From positions 1-52,701 of IMG/VR virus record IMGVR_UViG_3300042465_005662: a stretch of 52,701 bases of DNA, one strand, 5' to 3'. Origin of the DNA: a virus (lineage: Duplodnaviria > Caudoviricetes). Below, in pieces: positions 7,544 to 15,922 of the stretch; the stretch's first letter is position 1, and each line of letters opens with the position of its first letter. The position numbers and the translations under genes were made by a program. Under the pieces are notes generated by a model, which searched no databases, was not told the origin of the DNA, and saw only the letters and a program-made list of their open reading frames with translations.

Positions 7544-7713
7544 CCTACGACTACCAAGGATCGCTGTCCCAGAAGATGGTGGATGAACTGCTGGAGGTGA
7601 TACACAAGTACGACCACACGATGATGGCGGCAACAGCCATCGGATGCCTTGAGATCGTCAAAGCGCAACTGCTGCAAGAACATATGGAGGTGGAAGATGA
7701 CGATGACCTGTAA
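7540..7713 (+). CDS. hypothetical protein
   Basis: ATGA coupling, AAGGAG RBS; start MTYDYQG. Confidence 0.7.
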   Translation: MTYDYQGSLSQKMVDELLEVIHKYDHTMMAATAIGCLEIVKAQLLQEHMEVEDDDDL

Positions 7714-7831
7714 ACACCGCTGGGAGCCAAGCAACTTTGCCATCAAGTACCGCACACCCAACCACTACATTTTTGAATGCAAGCGATGCGGCAAAAGCAT
7801 CTTCGCAACACTAAAGGAGAAGCAAGCATGA
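7703..7831 (+). CDS. small Zn-ribbon protein (CKH...CKRCG)
   Basis: GGAGG upstream; CxH and CxxC motifs. Confidence 0.6.
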   Translation: MTCKHRWEPSNFAIKYRTPNHYIFECKRCGKSIFATLKEKQA

Positions 7832-7983
7832 CTAAAGTAGAAGCACTGCAAGCAATCAAATTGCTGTCCGCCCTGGAGTCGTGGGCCATGAGCCAGCAAA
7901 AAACTCTTCCTCCCTACTTGGATCAATACCTTGTAGAGACCATGGAAGTGATGGAGCGAATCTTGTTGGAAGAAAAGCCATGA
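7828..7983 (+). CDS. hypothetical protein
   Basis: ATGA coupling, AAGGAG RBS. Confidence 0.65.
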   Translation: MTKVEALQAIKLLSALESWAMSQQKTLPPYLDQYLVETMEVMERILLEEKP

Positions 7984-8219
7984 CCGCCGAAGACGAAGAA
8001 TTCAACCGCATCGAGCGCGAGGCATCCATGCGCAAGGCCGCGGTCCTCGTCGCGATCACCAAGAAGGAGTGGATCAGCCTCCCGGACGAAGAGATAGTTG
8101 CCGCGATCCACGAGGCTGAGGGGTTCGCCTTTGGCCTGGACAACGGCAACGTGTCGGACAGGTCCGTGATCGAGTATGTGCGGATTGTTGAAGAACTGCT
8201 GAGGAAGAAAAACACATGA
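7980..8219 (+). CDS. hypothetical protein (EDEEFNRIERE...W..L.DEEI...LRKKNT)
   Basis: ATGA coupling. Confidence 0.7.
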   Translation: MTAEDEEFNRIEREASMRKAAVLVAITKKEWISLPDEEIVAAIHEAEGFAFGLDNGNVSDRSVIEYVRIVEELLRKKNT

Positions 8220-8845
8220 GCTACATCATTGCATCCCTCCCTCCGCTCAAATGCTTTGTGCGGCGCGAGTTTCTGTACAACCACACCAAGGGCCAGGGCG
8301 AGTTTGAGCCCGCCATCTGGGTCAGCATTAAAGCGCTGCGCGGTCAGGTGTTCAGGATCGAATCGCTCCTGCCCAACTACGGCGCGCTGTACGACAAGCT
8401 GCCCTTGCATGCCTATGTCTGGACACACAGCCACGGCGACTTGCCCATCGACACGCTGCAACTGTGGGACTGCATGGGCTACCGCTTCACGGTCCTCGAG
8501 AAGATCGGTCTGCGCAACCTCGGCGTCAAGTTCCTGGGTAAGGACAAGAAGTGGCACCACGGGCGCTACATGTTCACCGTGGACTTCTGTGCGGACGGTA
8601 TGGACGTTGACACGGGGTTCACGGAGCAGGCTGAGGAGCACAAGAGCTTCAACTTCATCCGCTTGGAGAACGGCCAGTTTGCTTGCCAGCCAAACAACCG
8701 CTGCCTGTGGTACGACCAGAGCTTGATTCCTGCTGAGGTGAAGCTCCCTGATTTCCAGGCGGCGAAGGATTTTTACACTGTTGACGGTTCGCGCAAATGG
8801 GCCGCGGGCGACGATTGGTTTTACGGTATGGAGGAGAGAACATGA
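8216..8845 (+). CDS. conserved uncharacterised phage protein (VRREFLY...QPNNR)
   Basis: Long coupled ORF with strong GC3 bias; motif pattern familiar from aquatic phages. Confidence 0.85.
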   Translation: MSYIIASLPPLKCFVRREFLYNHTKGQGEFEPAIWVSIKALRGQVFRIESLLPNYGALYDKLPLHAYVWTHSHGDLPIDTLQLWDCMGYRFTVLEKIGLRNLGVKFLGKDKKWHHGRYMFTVDFCADGMDVDTGFTEQAEEHKSFNFIRLENGQFACQPNNRCLWYDQSLIPAEVKLPDFQAAKDFYTVDGSRKWAAGDDWFYGMEERT

Positions 8846-9051
8846 AAAAAGACATGAAGGTCTGGGCGATCAAGCTCAGGGGCCGCAGCTTCTACAAAGA
8901 CAGCTACGACATTCCTTTTGTTTATCCAACAAGGATTGCCGCGGTGATGGAAACCGAGAAGATTGCAGACTGGAAGAACAGGAACCCGATGAACAGAAGC
9001 CCATCAACCGAAGTAGTGCGCGTCAGATTGCGCATAGAGGAGATCGCATGA
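8842..9051 (+). CDS. hypothetical protein
   Basis: GGAGG RBS, ATGA coupling. Confidence 0.65.
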   Translation: MKKDMKVWAIKLRGRSFYKDSYDIPFVYPTRIAAVMETEKIADWKNRNPMNRSPSTEVVRVRLRIEEIA

Positions 9052-9284
9052 GAAAACAAACCTGCAACTGCCACCCTGACTCACCTTTTCACTGGGCGCG
9101 CAACCCGCAGCCCAGCATTTTTGTCAATGATGTCGCGTTCCGGCCCAAGAAGGCGCAGGTGTACGAGAACCTGACACAGGAGGAGAACCTAGTGGCCTAC
9201 AAGCAATTCAGCATCCACAGCCGTGCGCATCCCAAGATCAAGCCAAGCCTGAACAAACACGAACTCGGAGGGATTAGAAAATGA
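9048..9284 (+). CDS. hypothetical protein (CNCHPDSPF)
   Basis: AGGAG RBS, ATGA coupling. Confidence 0.65.
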   Translation: MRKQTCNCHPDSPFHWARNPQPSIFVNDVAFRPKKAQVYENLTQEENLVAYKQFSIHSRAHPKIKPSLNKHELGGIRK

Positions 9285-9466
9285 AATGGAAAGAGTGGGG
9301 CGAGAACCATTGGGTGCTGATCGACAGCCGAGGCGAAGTGGTTGACGAAATCAAACGCGACAGCCAATTCTTCTTTGTACTGAAAAGCACCAACAAGAAG
9401 TTTGTCGACATCAACAAAGCCAAGAAATCTAGAATGACAGGAGTAGAAAATGGAAAACGGGATTAA
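9281..9466 (+). CDS. hypothetical protein
   Basis: GGAGG RBS, ATGA coupling. Confidence 0.6.
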   Translation: MKWKEWGENHWVLIDSRGEVVDEIKRDSQFFFVLKSTNKKFVDINKAKKSRMTGVENGKRD

Positions 9467-9740
9467 AAGAATTCGTCTGTGCATGGGCCTGACCCAGCAG
9501 CAGTTTGCTGACATGCTGGAATGCTCCCAGGGCAACATTGGCCACTACGAGCTGCGCGATCAAATGGTCCCGCCCGAGACGGCCAGGAAACTTATTGCTG
9601 AAGCCGCGAAGCGCGGTTCACGAGTCACGTACGAAGACATCTACGGCACCGTGGACGAGCCTGTTGTCAAGATGAGCCCCCGCGCACGCAGGGAGATATT
9701 GGAAATCACCGAAAGGAGAGCACGCCATGCAGAAGATTGA
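9450..9740 (+). CDS. XRE/Cro-family HTH transcriptional regulator
   Basis: IKRIR..MGLTQQQFADML..SQGNIGHYE HTH_3 pattern. Confidence 0.85.
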   Translation: MENGIKRIRLCMGLTQQQFADMLECSQGNIGHYELRDQMVPPETARKLIAEAAKRGSRVTYEDIYGTVDEPVVKMSPRARREILEITERRARHAED

Positions 9741-10125
9741 ACACGACGTCTACGTCATCATCACCGAGTTGGGCGCACAGGCCGAAGTGGTGATCCCTCC
9801 GTTTGAGCTCAACGACATCCGCCGCGAGCGTGACGAGTACCTGTCGCAGACAGCCTCTGACCTCTACGACCGTGTGGTGTACATGGTGCGCAGTGAAGGC
9901 TTGGAATACGACCCTGTGCTGGACGAGGGCGAGGGCCCTGCAGTGGAGCTGGAAGTGCGCATGGGCATGTTCTCTACATCCACTGTGTTTTGGCGCGAGA
10001 CGCGGCGCGAGAGGCAGGACAGGGTAAAAGAGGTCATCAACGAAGCGTTCGCTCGCGTGTTGAACATGCAGAGAAACTTTGACGACTTGGCACGCGAAGA
10101 GGAAGAAGATGAGAAAGCGAAGTAA
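9727..10125 (+). CDS. hypothetical acidic protein
   Basis: AAAGGAG RBS, coupled ORF. Confidence 0.75.
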   Translation: MQKIEHDVYVIITELGAQAEVVIPPFELNDIRRERDEYLSQTASDLYDRVVYMVRSEGLEYDPVLDEGEGPAVELEVRMGMFSTSTVFWRETRRERQDRVKEVINEAFARVLNMQRNFDDLAREEEEDEKAK

Positions 10126-10597
10126 ATACCGGCCACGCGGCGTGATTTACGACACCATGCTGCACGTCACGAGCGGCATGAAGGTGGTAGGTGCAATCAG
10201 CGCTGGGACCACGCTCAAGATCAAGAATCACGCGGCGCTCGAACAGGTGCGCCAGGGCCTCGGTACGCGAGAAGATATTGACGTTCTCATTTGCGCATTC
10301 AACATCACAGAAGCTCTGGCTTTGATGCGCATTGGGGACGACTGGAAGGATGAGATTCGGGCCGCGCAAGACGCGCTCCTGGCGGTGGGACGCCGGGGCG
10401 TGGAGACTGGCAAGTTTATTTTGCGCGGACCCGAGCTCACCTCTTTCAACTTGGCCATGGAGATACATGACGCACAACTCGATGCCTGTACTGTAGCTGA
10501 ATTGGAAAAGGCTATCGACTTTGTCGAGACGATTGTCAAGAACAAACAGGCACGGCCCATCATACGAAAGCAGCATGCAAAAGAAGAACACGCCTGA
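10109..10597 (+). CDS. hypothetical protein (MRKRSKYRP... family)
   Basis: GAGG RBS before ATG at 10109; basic N-terminus then helical domain. Confidence 0.75.
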   Translation: MRKRSKYRPRGVIYDTMLHVTSGMKVVGAISAGTTLKIKNHAALEQVRQGLGTREDIDVLICAFNITEALALMRIGDDWKDEIRAAQDALLAVGRRGVETGKFILRGPELTSFNLAMEIHDAQLDACTVAELEKAIDFVETIVKNKQARPIIRKQHAKEEHA

Positions 10598-10733
10598 GGG
10601 CGCAGCACCCCTATCACAAGAGGAGCTCAAGGCTTGGTGGCCCTTTGAGCGCCTGGACCCGAAGAGGTTCCCCAAGCAACCCAAGGCCACTGAACCCGAT
10701 CCGCTTGCGGACATTGAAGAAGCACTTTTATAG
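10575..10733 (+). CDS. hypothetical protein (WWPFERLD)
   Basis: Fills the gap in the operon; weak RBS. Confidence 0.55.
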   Translation: MQKKNTPEGAAPLSQEELKAWWPFERLDPKRFPKQPKATEPDPLADIEEALL

Positions 10734-10742
10734 GAGAACCCC

Positions 10743-11327
10743 ATGAGCAAAAAATTAAAACCCACCACCCTTGCAATTCTTGCAGCCCTGAAGGCCAAAC
10801 CGGAGGCCAAGCCGCGGGAACTTGCTGCAGAGTACGGCGTCGCTGTCAGCTACATCTACAAGCTGCGCAAGAAGCTGACCGAAGGCAGGCGCAAGATTAC
10901 CCTGACCCGCGACCAAGTGGAGATCGCAAAGAAGTTGGGCGTGTCCCTGGAAGACTATGTCAAAGAAGGCCTGAAGATGGGCGCGCTGCAGTTTGACGGC
11001 GAGCGTCCAATCGTCAATCCAGAGATCACTATGGAGCCCGAGGAGACGAACGTGGACCAGATTCTGGGAGAGCGCGGCAATCGCTACGGCACCTTTGAAA
11101 GCAATGCCAAGACCTGCCAGTTGCTGAAGAACGTGCTGCACTCACAAGAGGGCTGGTACCGCCTTTCTTATGTCCAACGTGAGGCGGTGGAAATGATGAT
11201 GCACAAGATCTCCCGCTTGGTGAATGGTGATGCGACCTATCTTGATACGGTTGTTGACATTGCAGGCTATAATCAGCTCATGTTGGAACACATGAGGGAT
11301 CGAAATGAAGGCAAGAAAGTGGAATAA
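10743..11327 (+). CDS. HTH + scaffold-like motif + DUF6378-like (all-alpha NTP pyrophosphohydrolase-like) domain protein
   Basis: C-terminal L.ERG.RYG.F...EM..HKI.R...GD...D...DIAGY; N-terminal HTH (PRELAAEYGVAVSYIY); AGGAG RBS. Confidence 0.75.
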   Translation: MSKKLKPTTLAILAALKAKPEAKPRELAAEYGVAVSYIYKLRKKLTEGRRKITLTRDQVEIAKKLGVSLEDYVKEGLKMGALQFDGERPIVNPEITMEPEETNVDQILGERGNRYGTFESNAKTCQLLKNVLHSQEGWYRLSYVQREAVEMMMHKISRLVNGDATYLDTVVDIAGYNQLMLEHMRDRNEGKKVE

Positions 11328-11841
11328 CAGCACGCAGCAACGGGCATATTACTCCTGGAGAAACATGCGCAGACGCTGCACCAATCCTAGCGATGACTCC
11401 TATCACCACTACGGGGGTCGTGGCATAACAGTGTGTGAACGCTGGGAAAGCTACGACGCCTTTTTTGAAGACATGGGCAACCCGGCACCGGGCCTGTCAC
11501 TTGATAGGATTGATAACAGCAAGGGCTATTCACCAGAGAATTGCCGATGGGCCACGGTCCGCGAGCAACTTAACAATCAGCGCAGAAATGTGGTGATTGA
11601 ACACAGCGGCATCAAGATGACGATTGGTCAGTGGGCCACGCATCTTGGGCTGCATTACGACACCCTTCACAAACGGCTTGAACGGATGGGGCCCGAAAAG
11701 GCTCTTCAAAAAGGCAGATTGAAAGAGTGGAAGCACGGAACGCGGGCCGGGTATGAAGGCCACGGCTGCCGCTGCGACCTTTGCAAAGAATCAAACAACG
11801 CCCGTCACCGGGCACAAAGAGAGAAACGGAGAAACACATGA
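11305..11841 (+). CDS. free-standing HNH-type homing endonuclease-like protein
   Basis: W..M..RC...Y..YGGRGI.VC.RW...LDRIDN..GYSPENCRWAT; C-terminal HGT..GY..GCRC..C. Confidence 0.8.
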   Translation: MKARKWNNSTQQRAYYSWRNMRRRCTNPSDDSYHHYGGRGITVCERWESYDAFFEDMGNPAPGLSLDRIDNSKGYSPENCRWATVREQLNNQRRNVVIEHSGIKMTIGQWATHLGLHYDTLHKRLERMGPEKALQKGRLKEWKHGTRAGYEGHGCRCDLCKESNNARHRAQREKRRNT

Positions 11842-12005
11842 GCGATACCGTAGGCCTTGTCTTGATGATCTGGGTTGCAGCCGCATGGCTCACCCACGTG
11901 GTGGCTTCTATCCAAACAGCAAAGTGGCTTTTGCTGCTGGTCGGGGCCATTTTCTTTCCTGTTGGCTGCGTGCACGGCACGGGCATTTGGTTTGGGTGGT
12001 TTTGA
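11838..12005 (+). CDS. small membrane protein, 55 aa, two TM-like segments
   Basis: GGAG RBS, ATGA coupling, hydrophobic sequence. Confidence 0.7.
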   Translation: MSDTVGLVLMIWVAAAWLTHVVASIQTAKWLLLLVGAIFFPVGCVHGTGIWFGWF

Positions 12006-12295
12006 TGAACACCACACGCATCAAACCTGAAGAAGCGCGGGCCATGGTCCTCGCTGCCTTACGCGCGCACGACTACAAGGGCAAGACCTCGGAGTTGGCA
12101 CAGTGGACGGGGCTGCCGTCTTCTGTTGTCCGCCGCGCGGGCTTGTACCTGTCGTCGGACCTGCAATTGGACGCACAGCGGGCATCTGGCGCAGCCAAGG
12201 GGGAGTACCTCTTCACCCTGCGCCAGCTTGACCTGTTCGAAGACCAAAAACCTCCGGCCAGCATATGGCAGAAGGTCAAGAACTGGTTTCGTTAA
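12005..12295 (+). CDS. putative winged-HTH protein
   Basis: TGATG coupling; TSELAQWTGLPSSVVRR helix-turn-helix-like segment. Confidence 0.6.
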   Translation: MNTTRIKPEEARAMVLAALRAHDYKGKTSELAQWTGLPSSVVRRAGLYLSSDLQLDAQRASGAAKGEYLFTLRQLDLFEDQKPPASIWQKVKNWFR

Positions 12296-12318
12296 AAAGG
12301 GCCCCGCGGGGCCCTTTT
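12294..12318. terminator. bidirectional intrinsic terminator
   Basis: AAAAGGGCCCC-gcg-GGGCCCTTTT between convergent genes. Confidence 0.85.
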
Positions 12319-14182
12319 ATTTTGCTTCGCCCCAGCTTGGGCCAACTTCTACGTCACACCGGTTGGGCACTTCCATCTTGACGCAGTTTGCCATGATCTG
12401 AGCAGCCTGCAGCGCCTCATCTTTGGTGCGCACGGACAGGGCCAGCTCATCGTGCACTTGGAGGATAGGATCAAAGCCTGCCTTTTTCAGGGCCACCATG
12501 GCCGCTTTGGTCTGGTCTGCGGCAGACCCCTGGATTAAACGATTGAGCCCCTTGTAGGTGCCTGCGCGCTTGATCCTGGAGCCGTATTCAATCACAGCCT
12601 GTTCACGTGGCAGCGCTTTGTTCACGCCCCACTCCATTGGTTCCCAAAGAGGGAACCGACACTTGCGGCCAAGCAGCGTGCGGATCGCGCCGCCTGCAGC
12701 CGGATGGTCAATCCGCTTCATCACCGCGTTGACCGTGCCCTTGAGGAACGGGACGTTGGTATGGAACCGTGTGATCAGCTCCTCCGCTTCGCTCAGGGCC
12801 AAGTCTAGTTGCGCCGCGAGCTTGTTCTTGCCCATGCCGTACATCAGGCCCAGGCCGATCGTCTTGGCTGCCTTGCGTTTGATCCCGGCCATGTCCGCCA
12901 CCATCTGGTGGAAGTCGGTGTTGGGATCGTTGTTGTAGGCGTCGACCATGGTGTCGGCCCCGGGCAGGCCTAGGAGGCTTGCGTAGTGCACCAGCAAGCG
13001 CGGTTCTTGGGACGAGAAGTCATTTGATGCCCACATGTGCCCCTGCTCAGGCAGGAACAGGCCACGCACCATCGGGCCAATGATCTCGTGCCGGGCAGGC
13101 ACCTGCTGGAGGTTGGGGTTGGCCATGGACAAACGGCCAGTGACCGTGCCGCCATCATCAGAGCGCATCTGGTTGACGTGGGGATGGATGCGTCCTGTCT
13201 TGGCACTGAAGTCCATGTAAGGCTGCAGGAATGTGCTGTGCGTCTTGTTGGTCTCGCGCGCCTCAATGATCATCTTGGCCAGCGGGTGATCGTGGTTGTC
13301 CAGGAACTGCTTGGTGAAGCTGGGTGCGCCCTGCTCGGTCTTGGCATACTGAATGCCCAGGCGGTCGAAGGCGTGGGCAATGGACGCCGCACCCCAGATG
13401 TCGATCTTGACGCCTGCCTGCTCTTTCATCTCTTTGAGCAACTGGTGCTCGCGGGTGCGCATGCGGTCAATCATCAGGCCGCACTTCTCCCTGTCAAAGC
13501 GGATGCCCTTGCGGGTCATCTCCAGCAGCACAGGGAACACATCGGTCTCGACACCGAAAATGGATTCGACTTCATCCTGGCGCATCTTGATCTTGAAGTG
13601 CTGCCAGAGCTTGAGGGTCAGCGCCGCGTCTTGCTCCGCGTACTCGCCGACGTACATCGCTGGGAGCTTCCAGAGCTCTTTCTTAGGGTGGACGCCAAAG
13701 TCGGCTGCCGCTTGTTTAAGCCCTTGCTCCGATTTAATCTCTTGGAGGTAGTCGAAGCCAAGCGCATTAAGGCTGAACGAGAAACGGTTTTCGTCAAGAA
13801 GGGGGGCCGCAAGCATAGTGTCCATGATTCGGCCATTGATTGTGAATCCACTGGCACCCAGCCACCCGGCGTCGTAGGCCGCGTTGTGCATGATCTTGTC
13901 GGCGGGGGTGGCCAGAACGTCTTTGATCCATCGTTCCACCATCCTTTTATCGAGATTACCTCCTCCAGCATGAGCAACAGGATAGTACCCAGACCACCCA
14001 TCCACAGCGATGGCATATCCAACAATAAACCCGTCAGCACGAGGCCAGCCGGGACCAAAAGACTCCAGGTTCGGATCGCATGTTTCGAGGTCAATTGCTA
14101 TCTCCTTGGCTGTGGATAAGTTGGGGAAAGTTTCCGGAGCAACCCACTCTGTGGGGGTCGGGAAAAGTGGCATGGTTCTCAT
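12317..14182 (-). CDS. polA: DNA polymerase family A with 3'-5' exonuclease domain
   Basis: Exo DLET and HNAAYD; TGRLS..PNLQQ; motif A DFSSQEPR; motif B KTIGLGLMYG; motif C QVHDEL. Confidence 0.95.
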   Translation of the reverse strand: MRTMPLFPTPTEWVAPETFPNLSTAKEIAIDLETCDPNLESFGPGWPRADGFIVGYAIAVDGWSGYYPVAHAGGGNLDKRMVERWIKDVLATPADKIMHNAAYDAGWLGASGFTINGRIMDTMLAAPLLDENRFSFSLNALGFDYLQEIKSEQGLKQAAADFGVHPKKELWKLPAMYVGEYAEQDAALTLKLWQHFKIKMRQDEVESIFGVETDVFPVLLEMTRKGIRFDREKCGLMIDRMRTREHQLLKEMKEQAGVKIDIWGAASIAHAFDRLGIQYAKTEQGAPSFTKQFLDNHDHPLAKMIIEARETNKTHSTFLQPYMDFSAKTGRIHPHVNQMRSDDGGTVTGRLSMANPNLQQVPARHEIIGPMVRGLFLPEQGHMWASNDFSSQEPRLLVHYASLLGLPGADTMVDAYNNDPNTDFHQMVADMAGIKRKAAKTIGLGLMYGMGKNKLAAQLDLALSEAEELITRFHTNVPFLKGTVNAVMKRIDHPAAGGAIRTLLGRKCRFPLWEPMEWGVNKALPREQAVIEYGSRIKRAGTYKGLNRLIQGSAADQTKAAMVALKKAGFDPILQVHDELALSVRTKDEALQAAQIMANCVKMEVPNRCDVEVGPSWGEAK

Positions 14183-15681
14183 AGCATGAAGCCTTTATCT
14201 TGAAACTTGGGAAGCACTAAGTGCAATGATTTCTTCGCGCGGGTAATGCCCACATAGAACAGGCGGTTCACGTTGTCCCCGTTCTTCTGGTATTCCTTGG
14301 CGAACTTTGTGGAGATGTCCATGAGCAACAAGACGTTGTCCGCCTCCCCGCCCTTGGCTCCATGGATTGTGGATAACTTGACCCGGCTGCCGTCCCCGAG
14401 CTTGCCGCCGCGGCGCAGCACAGAGATCAGGTACTCGCGCTTGTCGTTGGCGATCTTGCCCAGGGCCTCGTGCCAGATGGGTGTGGACAGCAGCCCGTAA
14501 CTGGCCTGCAGCTGCTCCATGGCATAGAGCTCGTTGCGATCGCCTTTGAAGCTCCGATGTCCGCGGGCCACGTAATCCGAATCGAGATACCTGTAGATGT
14601 TGGCCACTTCCTCGCCGCCGACCAGTTGGTTCTTGCGCAGGCGCTCCCAGGCCACCACGGCCTTGAGGATGGTGGGTCCCACGCTGGGGACACCGCTGCG
14701 GTCAAACAACACGCCCTTACCCTTGAGCCATTCGCCTACCGGGTTGAGCAGGTAGTTGGTGCTGGCCAGGATGAGCCATTCGCCGTTGTCTATGGGCACG
14801 TCCTCGAAGCGGTAGTAGGTCATCACGTGGCCCTCGAAGTCGCGAGGCTTCCACACCTTTGGTTGGCGCTCACGGATGCGGTGCACCACTTGGTTGGCCA
14901 AGCGGTGCACGGTGCTCGGAACGCGGTAGGACTGCTGCAGCACTTTGATCGTGCCGGTGAAGGACAGGAAGCTCTTGACATCTGCCCCGGCCCAGGTGAA
15001 CACAGCCTGATCGTCGTCGCCTGCAAGGTAGACCCGCTTGGCTTTGGAGGCCAATGCTTCGACCAGTTGCCACTGCAGCCGGGATAGATCCTGCGCTTCG
15101 TCAACAATCAGAACCTCCAGTGAAGGCAGCTGCTCTGCGTCGCTGACCACCATCTCCAAGAGGTCGGTGAAGTCCAGCAGGTCTTTGCTGCGTTTGTAGT
15201 GACGGTAGGTCCGCTCGACAAACTCAAAGTGATGCCACTCGATGTCCAGCCCTGACTCGTTGTAGTGCTGGCGCAGGTCAATGCCGCGGATGCGGGCCAG
15301 ATTGATCTCGTTGAGGATGGGGTTGTCTGGCTTGGACAGGTCGGTGTCGTCGTCAGCGTTGATTTTGATCTCGATGCCTGCTTGCGCTGCAAACTCGCGG
15401 TAGTTCTCCGCCTGCATGATCAGGTCCGGCTTGACGGACAGCACCCGGTAGGCGAGGCTGTGCAGTGTGCGAAAGAACGGGAAGTCTGTCTTGGGGTGCA
15501 GTTGCGGGAATTTGGTGAGAGCCCTGTCGCGCGCTTCGTTGGCAGCCTTTCTGGTGAAAGAAAAGTAGCCAATCCTTGCAGAGGAAACCCCTGACTCGAG
15601 CTCGCGGTCGACGACGTTGAGCAGGTAAGTGGTCTTGCCAGAGCCTGGGGGCCCGAACACCTTTTCAATGTTCGGTGTCAT
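14179..15681 (-). CDS. SF1 UvrD/Rep-like helicase
   Basis: GPPGSGKT, DEAQD, GDDDQA, QSYR, STIHGAKGGEAD and YVGITRAK motifs. Confidence 0.9.
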   Translation of the reverse strand: MTPNIEKVFGPPGSGKTTYLLNVVDRELESGVSSARIGYFSFTRKAANEARDRALTKFPQLHPKTDFPFFRTLHSLAYRVLSVKPDLIMQAENYREFAAQAGIEIKINADDDTDLSKPDNPILNEINLARIRGIDLRQHYNESGLDIEWHHFEFVERTYRHYKRSKDLLDFTDLLEMVVSDAEQLPSLEVLIVDEAQDLSRLQWQLVEALASKAKRVYLAGDDDQAVFTWAGADVKSFLSFTGTIKVLQQSYRVPSTVHRLANQVVHRIRERQPKVWKPRDFEGHVMTYYRFEDVPIDNGEWLILASTNYLLNPVGEWLKGKGVLFDRSGVPSVGPTILKAVVAWERLRKNQLVGGEEVANIYRYLDSDYVARGHRSFKGDRNELYAMEQLQASYGLLSTPIWHEALGKIANDKREYLISVLRRGGKLGDGSRVKLSTIHGAKGGEADNVLLLMDISTKFAKEYQKNGDNVNRLFYVGITRAKKSLHLVLPKFQDKGFML

Positions 15682-15922
15682 GGTCCGTCACTCTATACAT
15701 GTCGTTGGGCCAGACAAGGACCGGCGTGTCAGGACCAATGTACGCGCCCTCGATGTTGAACTCGATGAACTCGCGTGCGTCCTCAAACGTCATGCCATCG
15801 CGCGACATCAAGATGTTGCGGATCACCTCGGCGTTATAGACCAGCACTTCGATCTGGCCCTTCTTGTTCCAGACCATGGCTGGGCCAATAATGGCCTCGT
15901 CTAAATCGTCCCACTTTTTCAA
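15665..15922 (-). CDS. conserved phage protein (LDEAIIG...EFNIEGAYIG..TP)
   Basis: TTGA coupling to the primase stop; family motif recognised. Confidence 0.75.
   Translation of the reverse strand: MKKWDDLDEAIIGPAMVWNKKGQIEVLVYNAEVIRNILMSRDGMTFEDAREFIEFNIEGAYIGPDTPVLVWPNDMYRVTDHDTEH

Noticed and set aside
12598-12614. Other CACGTG-centred sequences as additional parS sites (also near 5215, 11895, 14824, 20192, 22029, 50525)
   Set aside because: Flanks do not match TGTTTC/GAAACA and all lie within coding sequence
13037-14119. 360-aa plus-strand ORF opposite PolA
   Set aside because: Antisense shadow with no motifs
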